Source: an uncultured Eubacteriales bacterium
Lineage (GTDB): Bacteria; Bacillota; Clostridia; Christensenellales; UBA1242
DNA: 64,000 nucleotides
Assembly (NCBI GenBank): GCA_949283525.1
Contig: CASDSK010000038.1
Span: 30,970 to 94,969 of the forward strand
Reading direction: 5' to 3'
In this document: positions 47,537-56,474 of the stretch, one piece after another
Numbering within the stretch: position 1 is the stretch's first letter
Layout: each line of letters opens with the position of its first letter
The notes under the pieces: generated by a model
Told to the model about the DNA's origin: nothing
The model's input: the letters and a program-made list of their open reading frames with translations, nothing else
Databases searched by the model: none
Made by a program: the position numbers and the translations under genes

Positions 47537-50500
47537 TTAGGCTTGAGAAGGTTCAGCAACTGTTAATGCCTCACTTAATTTTACTGATACTACTTTAGAA
47601 ACTCCCTTCTCTTCCATTGTAACACCATACAACGAATCAGCAAGTTCCATAGTAGGCTTTCTATGTGTAATAACAATAAATTGTGTTTCCTTAGAAAATC
47701 TATGCAAATATTTTGCAAATCTTTCAACGTTAGCATCATCAAGTGCTGCCTCTATTTCGTCAAGCAAACAAAATGGCATAGGTCTTAATTTTAAGATAGC
47801 AAACAAAATAGCAATAGCAGTCAAAGCTTGTTCACCACCACTTAAAAGAGTTAAATTGGTTACCTTTTTACCAGGTGGTTCAGCTATAATATCTACCCCT
47901 GCTTCTAATGAATCTTCGCTTTCAGTTAGAAGTAGACGTGCATTCCCTCCACCAAATAATTCTCTAAAAGTCTTTGTAAAATTATCATTTATTTTATTAA
48001 ACGCTTCATCAAACTTTTGAGTCATCTCAGTTGACAATTCTTTAATAATTTGCAATAAGTCTTCTTCGGCTTTTTTGTCATCATCCATTTCCTTTGTCAT
48101 TTCTTCATAACGTGTGGATAATTCTTTGATGTCTTCTATCGCAGACATATTGACATATCCTAATTTTGAAATCTCTTTTTTTATTTCATTTATTCTCGGC
48201 AAACTTTCTTGATAATTAAATTCACTATCTTTGTATATTTGACATCCATCATAATCTAACTCGTATTCTTCCAAAATTCTATCTGCCATAGAATTTAAGT
48301 CGTCATCAATCTTTTGAAGATTCATTTCTTCGTGTATCTTTTTTTCTTGAACTTTGCTATAATCACTGTTAATCATTACCCTTTCTTGCTCAATTAATTT
48401 TAAAGCAACTTGATGGTCTTGTTTAACCTTATTTAATTTCTCCAGATTTAACTTAGCGTTATCTAACTCATCTTTCAATTTATAATAATTAGAAGCATTA
48501 ACATCATCATTTGTTATTGTCTTTTCTTTATTAATTTCATCTTGAGCTTTGGCTAAATCAACAGTTATTAATGATATCCTTTCATCAAGAGTCAAAATAT
48601 CTTTATTTAAATTATTAACATCTTCTTTGTATGATTCAATTTCACTTTCTATTGTTGCTATTTGAACTTTTAAATTAGTATTATCTAAATTGTATTGTTC
48701 TTTTTTTGATTTCAATAAATCATATTGAGATTGTCTTTTGTTAATACACTCGTTAGCATTAATTTTGCTATTTTTTATAGTATTTTCTAATTCATCAACA
48801 CTATTTATCTCATCTTCAATAGCTTTCGCACGAGCATTAATTTCGTTAATTTCCAGTCTTAATAACTCAACTTCTTTTTGGGTTTCTTCAAACTCTAAAC
48901 TTGCTTTCTGGCTTACTTCTTTGTTTTTAGCAAATTCAATTTGACTTGTTACTAATTTTTTTTCAAACTCTTCTATTTTTTTGTTTGCTTCTTCTATCTT
49001 TAAGATTAATGCTTGATTTTCTTTTGACAAATTTAATAACTTATTCTGCTTTTTGTCAATTTCTATTTTTAGTGTTTCGATTTCCTTTTCTCTACCCAAT
49101 ATATTGCTAATTTCGGCTTTCTTACTACCACCAGTCATTGAACCACGTGGGTTAATAATGTCACCTTCAAGCGAAACTATCTTAAATGCAAATTTTGAAT
49201 TTTGTGCTAATTTTACTGCAGTATCTAAGTTATCTACCACAACAGTGCTACCCAATAAACTTTGAAAAACATTATCCAATTTTTTGTCATACTCTATTAG
49301 GTCGCTAGCCACTCCAAATACACTTTGCGCAGTCAAAAGCTTTTTGTATTCATTATTTAATACTGAAGGTTTCATTGATGTTATTGGTAAAAATGTTGCT
49401 CTTCCATACTTATTATCTTTAATATAATTAATAAGTTTTTTTGCATTATTTTCGTCTAAGGTAACAATATTTTGAACAGCGCTTCCAAGACTCGTTTCTA
49501 TTGCAGTTTGAAACTTTTCTGGTACTTTTATAAGATTAGCAACGACTCCTACAATTTTATCTTTTAACTCTTTATTCTTTTCAGCATCTTGCATCAACTT
49601 TTTGACGCTATATGCAAAACCTTCATAGTCAGTTTGCATTTCACTTAATAATTTATGTCTACTTACAAAACTTGCTAATGTAGTTTGCAAATCTTGATAA
49701 TCATCAACAATTTGTTGCTTTCTCTTATTATAGTCTAATAATTGTCTTTTGATAACTTCAAGTTTTATATTATTTTCATTTATTTGCGAATTTAATTTTG
49801 AAGTTGTTTCATCATATTCAATTTTAGATTTTTTAGCTAAATTATTCTTGTTTATCAAAATACTTAGACGATTTTGTTTATCAGCACTTGATGCAATTAA
49901 CGCTTCGTGTTCAGCTTTTAACCTTGATAAATTAGATTTAATGTCAGCTAATTTATCCATAGATTCTAATAAATTTCTTTGATTTTTATCAACTTCATCC
50001 TCATTTTCAGTCAATTCATCAACAACTTTAAGATACTCATTACTTAATCTATCAGCTTGAATTTGTAATTCTTTAAGTTTGCTTTCATTTAATTGTAATT
50101 TTTCTTGTTTTAATTGCAAATTTTTAAGAGTTTCAACTTTTTCAATATTAATTTGATTAAGTTCATTTTCTTTAGATTGAACTTGTTGAGCAAGAAAATT
50201 CATTCTTTCTTGAATAAGTTTTGTTTCTCCTGCTTGCTTTTCCATACTTACGGATAGTTCAACAACTTGTTCGTGAATTTTATCTATATCCCCATCAATT
50301 TTTTGTATTTCAGACATAGAATTATCGTATTTTTGATTACAACTTTGTAATTGTTGTTCTTTAAGATTTAATTCTTCTAAAATTGATTGTATCTTATCTT
50401 TAACTTCTTGACGTCTTGAATTGGCTGTTTCACATTGCACTAAATATGCATTAACTTCTAATACCCTTAATTCATCTTTTAACGCTAAACATTTCTTGGC

Positions 50501-51133
50501 ATCTTCTGCCTGTTTTCTCATTGGGCCTAATTGACGCTCTAGTTCAGTGGCAATATCCGATAATCTTGTCAAATGGTCGTGCACTCTTTCTAGTTTTCTT
50601 TCTGCTTCTATTTTTCTAGCCTTAAATTTTGCAATGCCTGCTGCTTCTTCAAAAATAGCACGACGATTTTCAGGCTTTGAATTAACTATTTCAGCAACTT
50701 TGCCTTGTCCAATTATTGAATATCCATCTCTACCCACCCCTGAGTCATGCAAAAGATTAACTACGTCTTTTAGCCTACAAGGTGTCCTATTTATTGCATA
50801 TTCACTTTCACCACTCCTATACAATTTACGAGTTATTATAATTTCATCATATTCCATATTTAAAGTATGGTCTGAATTATCAAAAACAAGTGAAACTTCA
50901 CAATATGATAAAGATTTACGACTTGCAGTTCCCTTAAAAATAACATCTTGCATACTGCTTCCACGCAAAGTTTTACTTGATTGTTCTCCAAGTACCCAAC
51001 GAACAGAATCGGCAACATTACTTTTACCACAACCGTTTGGACCAACTATCGCAGTTATTCCCGAATCAAAATCTATTTCTAATCTATCTGCAAATGATTT
51101 AAACCCAGCCATTTCTATTCTTTTAAAATTCAT
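47537..51133 (-). CDS. smc: chromosome partition protein Smc
   Basis: GPNGCGKSN, long coiled coils, hinge, LSGGEQALTAIA, LDEIEAALD; 1198 aa. Confidence 0.95.
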   Translation of the reverse strand: MNFKRIEMAGFKSFADRLEIDFDSGITAIVGPNGCGKSNVADSVRWVLGEQSSKTLRGSSMQDVIFKGTASRKSLSYCEVSLVFDNSDHTLNMEYDEIIITRKLYRSGESEYAINRTPCRLKDVVNLLHDSGVGRDGYSIIGQGKVAEIVNSKPENRRAIFEEAAGIAKFKARKIEAERKLERVHDHLTRLSDIATELERQLGPMRKQAEDAKKCLALKDELRVLEVNAYLVQCETANSRRQEVKDKIQSILEELNLKEQQLQSCNQKYDNSMSEIQKIDGDIDKIHEQVVELSVSMEKQAGETKLIQERMNFLAQQVQSKENELNQINIEKVETLKNLQLKQEKLQLNESKLKELQIQADRLSNEYLKVVDELTENEDEVDKNQRNLLESMDKLADIKSNLSRLKAEHEALIASSADKQNRLSILINKNNLAKKSKIEYDETTSKLNSQINENNIKLEVIKRQLLDYNKRKQQIVDDYQDLQTTLASFVSRHKLLSEMQTDYEGFAYSVKKLMQDAEKNKELKDKIVGVVANLIKVPEKFQTAIETSLGSAVQNIVTLDENNAKKLINYIKDNKYGRATFLPITSMKPSVLNNEYKKLLTAQSVFGVASDLIEYDKKLDNVFQSLLGSTVVVDNLDTAVKLAQNSKFAFKIVSLEGDIINPRGSMTGGSKKAEISNILGREKEIETLKIEIDKKQNKLLNLSKENQALILKIEEANKKIEEFEKKLVTSQIEFAKNKEVSQKASLEFEETQKEVELLRLEINEINARAKAIEDEINSVDELENTIKNSKINANECINKRQSQYDLLKSKKEQYNLDNTNLKVQIATIESEIESYKEDVNNLNKDILTLDERISLITVDLAKAQDEINKEKTITNDDVNASNYYKLKDELDNAKLNLEKLNKVKQDHQVALKLIEQERVMINSDYSKVQEKKIHEEMNLQKIDDDLNSMADRILEEYELDYDGCQIYKDSEFNYQESLPRINEIKKEISKLGYVNMSAIEDIKELSTRYEEMTKEMDDDKKAEEDLLQIIKELSTEMTQKFDEAFNKINDNFTKTFRELFGGGNARLLLTESEDSLEAGVDIIAEPPGKKVTNLTLLSGGEQALTAIAILFAILKLRPMPFCLLDEIEAALDDANVERFAKYLHRFSKETQFIVITHRKPTMELADSLYGVTMEEKGVSKVVSVKLSEALTVAEPSQA

Positions 51134-51141
51134 AATTCACC

Positions 51142-51834
51142 CTATTTATCCAAAAAGATTTTTAAAGCTTTCCCAGCACATAATTGTTCAGCTGAACGTT
51201 TAGATTGTGCCTCAGCCCTACTAATTTCTTGCCCATCAACATACAAAGCAACTAAAAAAGTAGGATTATGTGCTGGGCCTTGTTGTGAAAGTGTTTGATA
51301 ACAAAAATTTATAATACCTTTTGATTGCAAATACTCTTGAAGTCTAGTTTTTGAATCTGCCGTTTTTAATTTTGAAGTATTTATGGTATCTATGCTTAAA
51401 TCAATAAATTTATTTACAAACTTTTTTGACTCATCAATACCGCCGTCTAAATAAATTGCACCTAAAATACTTTCAAATAAATCAGCTTTAACATTATTAG
51501 GAAAACCCATTTTAATAACTTGTGTATTAACGCTATAAAATTTCTCTATATTCATTGAGTCAATTATTTTTGATAAATTTTGTGCAGAAACAAGGTTTGC
51601 ACGTATATGCGATAAATCACCTTCATCTTCTAGTGTTTTTAAATACAAAGTTTCAGAAACAATAAAACTAAGAATACTATCCCCAAAAAATTCTAGCCTT
51701 TCATTGCTTTCATACCCATATAAATTTGCAGTGGATGAATGTGTAAATGCTTTATCTAGTAATTCTTTATTTTTAAATTTATAATCTAGTATTTTTTCTA
51801 ATTCTTCTACTCCACTATTTGTTAAAACATTCAT
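51142..51834 (-). CDS. rnc: ribonuclease III
   Basis: ERLEFFGDSIL and a C-terminal dsRBD. Confidence 0.9.
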   Translation of the reverse strand: MNVLTNSGVEELEKILDYKFKNKELLDKAFTHSSTANLYGYESNERLEFFGDSILSFIVSETLYLKTLEDEGDLSHIRANLVSAQNLSKIIDSMNIEKFYSVNTQVIKMGFPNNVKADLFESILGAIYLDGGIDESKKFVNKFIDLSIDTINTSKLKTADSKTRLQEYLQSKGIINFCYQTLSQQGPAHNPTFLVALYVDGQEISRAEAQSKRSAEQLCAGKALKIFLDK

Positions 51835-51843
51835 ATTTCACCA

Positions 51844-52881
51844 TTATTTATTTTCAATTAATTTTTCACAAATATCTTGAGTTTCTTCAATTTGCTTTTC
51901 TATCTTATCATATAATTTATCATTATTAATTTGAATTACTTGTTCAATGCTAGCCAAAATACTTGGTGCAAAACTTGAACCATGAGATTTAATCAAAATT
52001 TTTTTAGCACCCAAAAATGGAGAGCCACCCCATTGTTCATAATCCATTAATTTTTTGACGGCTTTAAAAGATTTTTTCATAAACAAAGCCCCAATCATAC
52101 TCATTTTACGAGCCTTTATTTCATTTTTTAAAATACTCATCAAAGTTTGTATAGCACCCTCAGAAGCTTTTAGCAAAACATTGCCACTAAATCCATCGCT
52201 AACAACAACATCATATTTACCAGATAAGAAATCTCTTGCTTCCATATTTCCTACAAAATTAATTGGTAATTGCTTTAGCAAAGGAAAAGTTTGATGACAT
52301 AACTCATTCCCTTTTTTGTCTTCAACTCCAACATTCAAAAGTGCCACACGAGGATTTTCTATATTAAACATATTTTTCATATATGCTGAACCCATTAAAG
52401 CGAAATGACATAAATTAATTGGTTTACTATCCATATTAGCCCCACAATCAATTAGTAAGACTCGCCCCTTATTCTTTGTAGGAAGTAAAGGTGCTAATGC
52501 TGGTCTTGAAACTCCTTTCATACGTCCTATCTTCATAAATGCACCGGTTAAAACTGCACCGGTACTTCCAGCAGATACCAAACCACAAACATCTTCTCTT
52601 TCTTTAAGAATATTAAGTGCCACTACAAGTGAAGAATCTTTCTTACCCCTTATTGCTTCAGTAGGAGATTCGTCATTAATTATTATCTCTGTAGTATGTA
52701 CTATTTCTATTCTAGATTTGTCTATATCATAATTATCAAAAAGTTCTTCTAATTTATCTTTATCACCTGTGATAATAACATATAAATCACTATATTTTTT
52801 GATAGCTAGTGCCACTCCCTTAACAATTTCATCAGGAGAATTATCCCCACCAAATCCATCAACTACTATTTTCATATTCAC
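51844..52881 (-). CDS. plsX: phosphate acyltransferase
   Basis: VDGFGGDN, SAGSTGA, and length. Confidence 0.9.
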   Translation of the reverse strand: MNMKIVVDGFGGDNSPDEIVKGVALAIKKYSDLYVIITGDKDKLEELFDNYDIDKSRIEIVHTTEIIINDESPTEAIRGKKDSSLVVALNILKEREDVCGLVSAGSTGAVLTGAFMKIGRMKGVSRPALAPLLPTKNKGRVLLIDCGANMDSKPINLCHFALMGSAYMKNMFNIENPRVALLNVGVEDKKGNELCHQTFPLLKQLPINFVGNMEARDFLSGKYDVVVSDGFSGNVLLKASEGAIQTLMSILKNEIKARKMSMIGALFMKKSFKAVKKLMDYEQWGGSPFLGAKKILIKSHGSSFAPSILASIEQVIQINNDKLYDKIEKQIEETQDICEKLIENK

Positions 52882-52961
52882 TCCTTAACTTTATTAGTAT
52901 ACTACACTTTGTTTAATTTTCAAAACGAAATCATACAAAAAAGTGCTGTCTTCAGCACCAA

Positions 52962-53318
52962 TTATTTATGTTTAAGATTATTATATAAAATTATTAAAGT
53001 CTTGAGCGTAATAGCATCATCGAAATCTCTAATATTAAGACCTATTGCTTTATGTATTTTTTCTATTCTATAAACCAAAGTATTTCTGTGCATAAAGATT
53101 TTTTCGCTAGTAATAGCAATATTAAGATTATTATCAAAGAAAGCTTGTGCCGTGGCTATAAGTTCTTCATCTTCCATAACATCCATTACTTTTTTTGAAC
53201 TAAGCATAGAATAAAGACAATCTGGACATTCTCGCCCCATAGTATCCATCATAATATTTAATACACAAGAATTATCTCTTATTTTATTCTTATAAATCAC
53301 GATATCATTAGTTGTCAT
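52962..53318 (-). CDS. small PucR/CdaR-type C-terminal HTH protein (118 aa)
   Basis: SEKIFMHRNTLVYRIEKIHKAIGLNIRDFDD matches the PucR-type HTH pattern. A terminator-like hairpin (GTGCTG-AAGA-CAGCAC plus U-run) follows it. Confidence 0.55.
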   Translation of the reverse strand: MTTNDIVIYKNKIRDNSCVLNIMMDTMGRECPDCLYSMLSSKKVMDVMEDEELIATAQAFFDNNLNIAITSEKIFMHRNTLVYRIEKIHKAIGLNIRDFDDAITLKTLIILYNNLKHK

Positions 53319-53329
53319 AATTCCCTCTA

Positions 53330-53998
53330 CTAACTGATTTTTAATTTGTTGTTTTCAATTCTTTCTATAGCTCCTAACTTTAAATAAACAATTTTTTCAC
53401 ATATACTTTTTGCAACTTCTATATCTTTTGTCGCAAAAAAAACTGTTGTATCTTTCTTCATAAAAGATACCAAAATATCCAATATATTTTTTCTTTGTTT
53501 ATCTTCTAAATTTAATAAAATATCATCTACTAGTAATATATCTATTTTTTGTCTTATTGACAACATTGCAAATTGTAATAATCTTTTTTGATACAAAGAC
53601 AAATTTTTTATTCTTAGATTTTTACATTCTGTAAGTCCAAAATCTTCTAATATTTTATCAATTATATTTTTTCTATCAAGTCTTTTTACTTTTTTTATTT
53701 TAAGAACATAATCAATATTTTTTGCAGGTGTTGAATTAAGTAAAATAGGCTTATTTGCTATGTATGCGACTGATAAATCTTTAGAATAATCAATATTTTC
53801 TAATAATACATCATTGTAATAAATATCGCCAAAAGTAGGTTTCTCAAGTTTCGCTAAAAGCCTAAGAAAACTTGTCTTCCCGTCGTCTTGTTGCCCTATA
53901 ATAGCTACCTTTTCACCATTACCAACTTTTAAATTTAAATTATATAACGCAAAGTATTCCTTAACATATCCTAATTTAACATTAACAAATTCAATCAT
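53330..53998 (-). CDS. orphan ABC-type ATPase with degenerate signature and H-loop motifs
   Basis: Walker A GQQDDGKT and Walker B ILLVDD. The signature reads LSLYQ instead of LSGGQ, and the H-loop position reads ATKD. No permease gene is adjacent. Confidence 0.7.
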   Translation of the reverse strand: MIEFVNVKLGYVKEYFALYNLNLKVGNGEKVAIIGQQDDGKTSFLRLLAKLEKPTFGDIYYNDVLLENIDYSKDLSVAYIANKPILLNSTPAKNIDYVLKIKKVKRLDRKNIIDKILEDFGLTECKNLRIKNLSLYQKRLLQFAMLSIRQKIDILLVDDILLNLEDKQRKNILDILVSFMKKDTTVFFATKDIEVAKSICEKIVYLKLGAIERIENNKLKIS

Positions 53999-54197
53999 TC
54001 TTAACCTACCATATTTATTTTTTATATGATACTACATTTATAGATATTTATCAAGTGTTTTAAAAATAATAATGTATTTTTTATAAAAAAACATTTACTA
54101 ATATTTGGCATTTTAACTAAAATTAAAAAAAAATTTTTGATTTGTTTGCTTAATGTATGTAATTATGATATACTTTGTCCGTACAAGGAGAAAAAGA

Positions 54198-55385
54198 ATG
54201 GATTTATTTCAAAAATGTTACGATTATGATATCGCAAATAATGCCAGAGAAAAAGGCATTTATCCATATTTCCACGAACTAAATAGTGGACAAGACATAG
54301 TTGTACAAATGGAAAATCATAGGACAATTATGCTAGGTTCTAACAATTACTTAGGCTTAACATCACATCCAGCAGTAATTGAAGCAGGCGTTAAAGCTAT
54401 AGAAAAATACGGGTCTGGATGCTCTGGCTCTAGGTTTTTGAACGGAACTTTAGATATTCATAAACAGTTAGAAAAAGAAATTGCAGATTTTTTACATAAG
54501 GAAGACGCAATAACTTTCTCTACGGGATTTCAAACTAATTTAGGAATTATATCTGCCATTGCAGGTAGAAATGATGTAATAATTGGAGATAAAGAAAATC
54601 ACGCTTCAATTTATGACGCTTGTAGATTAAGTTTTGCTAAACTATATAGATATGAACATAATGATATGAATGATTTAGAAAGACAATTAAGTATGATTGA
54701 CGATTCTAAAGGCAAATTGATAGTAACAGACGGCGTCTTTAGTATGGGTGGAGATATTTGTAATTTACCTGAAATTGTAAGACTAGCCAAAAAATATAAT
54801 GCCAGAGTTATGGTTGACGATGCACACGGCTTGGGTGTGTTTGGTGAAAGAGGTGCTGGTACTGCCGAATACTATGGATTAGAAGATGAAGTCGATATTA
54901 TTATGGAAACATTTAGCAAATCATTAGCAAGTTTAGGTGGTTGTATGGCAGGCAAAAAGGAAATTGTAGATTATGTGCGTCATAATTCTCGCCCTTTCAT
55001 ATTCTCAGCGTCTATGCCACCAGCTAATGTAGAATGTGCTAGGATGGCTTTAAACCTTTTAAAACAAAATCCACAGATGGTAAAAAATTTACAACACATA
55101 AGTGATTATGTGCGAAAAGGTCTTAAAGAACGTGAAATCGATATAAGAGAGTCAGTAGCCCCAATCATTCCTATTAATACTTATCAAGATGAATTTACTT
55201 TTATTGCGTGCAAAAGACTATTTGAAAATGGTGTATATGTTAATCCAGTTATAAGCCCAGCAGTACCTGTCGGCGACGCAATCATTAGAACAAGTTATAC
55301 TGCTACTCATACCGAAAGCCTAATGGATGAAGCTATGGATATCATTCAAAAAACATTTAAAGAATTAAAAGAACAATTTAAATAA
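54198..55385 (+). CDS. alpha-oxoamine synthase, serine-palmitoyltransferase-like (PLP-dependent)
   Basis: GSNNYLGLT, GSGCSGSRFLNGT, FSTGFQTNLGIIS, HASIYD, DDAHGLG, PLP-lysine context ETFSKSLASLGG. Start at the ATG behind AAGGAGA (track start 54153). Confidence 0.85.
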   Translation: MDLFQKCYDYDIANNAREKGIYPYFHELNSGQDIVVQMENHRTIMLGSNNYLGLTSHPAVIEAGVKAIEKYGSGCSGSRFLNGTLDIHKQLEKEIADFLHKEDAITFSTGFQTNLGIISAIAGRNDVIIGDKENHASIYDACRLSFAKLYRYEHNDMNDLERQLSMIDDSKGKLIVTDGVFSMGGDICNLPEIVRLAKKYNARVMVDDAHGLGVFGERGAGTAEYYGLEDEVDIIMETFSKSLASLGGCMAGKKEIVDYVRHNSRPFIFSASMPPANVECARMALNLLKQNPQMVKNLQHISDYVRKGLKEREIDIRESVAPIIPINTYQDEFTFIACKRLFENGVYVNPVISPAVPVGDAIIRTSYTATHTESLMDEAMDIIQKTFKELKEQFK

Positions 55386-55408
55386 TTTTATTAAATTATA
55401 TTAAATAC

Positions 55409-55448
55409 AAAATATGGTGTATTACATAAAAATAATACACCATATTTT
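55409..55448. terminator. palindromic hairpin terminator, copy 2 of the repeated element
   Basis: AAAATATGGTGTATTA-loop-TAATACACCATATTTT between convergent genes. Arms match the hairpin at 7590-7629. Confidence 0.65.
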
Positions 55449-56419
55449 TATAATTTAGTAGTTAAATATAATATCAAATTGTACATAGCATTGTTCTCAG
55501 TTTGTTTTCCTGCCTTTATTTCATAGTCAGTTTCTAATATTTTGTTTAAGCAATTCATTAATGCCCCTTTTTTTAAATTATTGCTTTTTGATATGTTAAC
55601 TTGCATAATATAATCTGTTATTTTAAATGTATTTAAACACAATTGTTTATCACTTTTTGTTGCGTGTAAATAAAAATATCTTCTCATAAAAGTGGCTAAA
55701 GTGCTTAAAATGTATTGTGTGCTACCTTTTTTTGCTAATATATGCTCATACAATCTAATGGCATATTCGGTATCCTTCTCACAAATTGCATTGGCTAATA
55801 TATATACTTCATAATCAATTGTCTTAGCAACATTAATTTCTACTTCATCAGGAGTAATGACATCGCTACTGCTTATTATTGATAATTTTTTAATTTCATT
55901 TTCAATTCTACCTAAGTCGTACGAACAATACTCTAATAATTTATTGAGAGCATTAGTTGTTATCTGTTTACCATACTCCTTTAGCATTATGGGTACAAGC
56001 ATACCTAATGTTTTAGCATCCATAAAAGAACAATCTACTTCGTTTACACTAGAATGCAAACTTTTCAAAAATTCATTTTTTTCGTTTACACACATTATAA
56101 ATATAGTTGTTTTTACAGGACTTTTTATGTAGTCCTTTATTTGTTTTTTTTCTGAATCAGTTAGTTTATTAAAACAATCTCGCATAATTATTAATCTAAA
56201 ATTACTCATAAATGGTAAAGTTTGCGCTTGTTCTAACATTTGTTGAATATTTATATTTTCATCAGTAAAAATAGATTGGTTCATTTCTATATAATTATCT
56301 ATGCATATTTTTTTTATCATTTCTATGCTTTTATCTTGTAAATATCTATCTTCTCCATAAATCAAATAAACATTATCTATTTGTTTTTTTAAGTTTTGCT
56401 TCAATTCAACAAATTTCAT
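55448..56419 (-). CDS. holA: DNA polymerase III delta subunit
   Basis: 323 aa. N-terminus LKQNLKKQIDNVYLIYGEDRYL typical of HolA. Directly downstream of comEC, as in B. subtilis. Confidence 0.6.
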   Translation of the reverse strand: MKFVELKQNLKKQIDNVYLIYGEDRYLQDKSIEMIKKICIDNYIEMNQSIFTDENINIQQMLEQAQTLPFMSNFRLIIMRDCFNKLTDSEKKQIKDYIKSPVKTTIFIMCVNEKNEFLKSLHSSVNEVDCSFMDAKTLGMLVPIMLKEYGKQITTNALNKLLEYCSYDLGRIENEIKKLSIISSSDVITPDEVEINVAKTIDYEVYILANAICEKDTEYAIRLYEHILAKKGSTQYILSTLATFMRRYFYLHATKSDKQLCLNTFKITDYIMQVNISKSNNLKKGALMNCLNKILETDYEIKAGKQTENNAMYNLILYLTTKL

Positions 56420-56474
56420 AATTCACCTAATTTTAATTATAACATAAATAATTCTAATTTACAATTCTTTAGAT

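Noticed and set aside
50547-51203. 218-aa ORF antisense to smc, plus several 60-80-aa antisense ORFs within smc (48738-48944, 49053-49265, 49749-49982, 50860-51045).
   Set aside because: The biased codon composition of coiled-coil genes leaves the antisense frames open. None has an RBS or a recognisable family.
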